A stretch of DNA of 64,000 bases from Chiloscyllium plagiosum. Taxonomy: Eukaryota. The DNA lies in NCBI RefSeq assembly GCF_004010195.1, contig NC_057719.1:79097678-79161677 (forward strand). The letters run 5' to 3'. Under the pieces are notes generated by a model. The model was not told where the DNA came from. It searched no databases and saw nothing but the letters and a program-made list of their open reading frames with translations. Position numbers and translations under genes: made by a program. Positions 63,500-64,000 of this stretch are shown here, in pieces. Position 1 is the first letter of the stretch. Each line of letters starts with the position of its first letter.

Positions 63500-64000
63500 G
63501 GAGTCTATGATATTTTAGTCACTTCCCCCTAGACATTCCCTCACCTCAGCTCCTTAATCAAGTCTGCCTCAGTGCACATCAGCAAACCCAGAATTGTCTG
63601 TTCCTTAATGGGCTTTACCACAAGCTGCTCCAAAAAACACAATTTCATAGAGTTCCGCAAATTCTATTTCTTGGGGTCGGCCATCAACCTGAATTTCCCA
63701 GACCACTTGTATGTTGAAGCGCCCCATGATTATTGTATTGTTGCCTTTCTTATATGCCTTTTCTCTTTCCTGATTTATTTTCTGCCCCACATTCTGATCG
63801 GAGGCGTGTACATAAATCCCATCGGCGTCCTTTTTTGCCTTTGTGGTTCCTGAACTCTACCCGTACAGATTCCAAGCCTTCTGACTCTATATCTCTTAGA
63901 ATAGAATAGAATCCCTACCGTGTGGAAACGGGTCCTTCGGCCCAACAAGTCCACACCGACCCTCCGAAAAGTAACCCACGCAGACCCATTCCTCTATCCT
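63500..64000 (-). mobile_element. CR1 endonuclease fragment followed by an HE1 3' end running off the window
   Basis: NTIIMGRFN (GDFN-like); tagaatagaatccctaccgtgtggaaac tail. Confidence 0.7.

Overview
Eukaryotic, repeat-dense vertebrate DNA. The repeat families (HE1-type tRNA SINEs, HER1/CR1 LINEs, Deu-domain SINEs, Penelope elements) point to a cartilaginous fish, probably a shark; this is inference. The only host coding sequence I can support is exon 1 of a PPP1R14-family (CPI-17/PHI-1 type) PP1 inhibitor gene at 5230-5412 (+). No exon 2 was seen, so the remaining ~58 kb appears to be intron 1. Most of the window is decayed, nested retroelements (CR1, Penelope, Rex1/Babar, Tx1, SINEs), with two N gaps. 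The most notable element is a heavily decayed, antisense endogenous retrovirus at ~7.45-15.4 kb. It shows protease, RT, tether, RNase H, integrase/GPY and env/TM remnants and looks spuma-like or lokiretrovirus-like; a MITE, a Penelope end and two CR1s interrupt it. Also notable are a near-complete Penelope with inverted terminal arms and a 12-bp TSD, many minimal hammerhead-ribozyme motifs, a duplicated CR1-Penelope composite, and a LINE with a tRNA-like head. All family calls are by eye from motifs, and boundaries are approximate unless a TSD is given.
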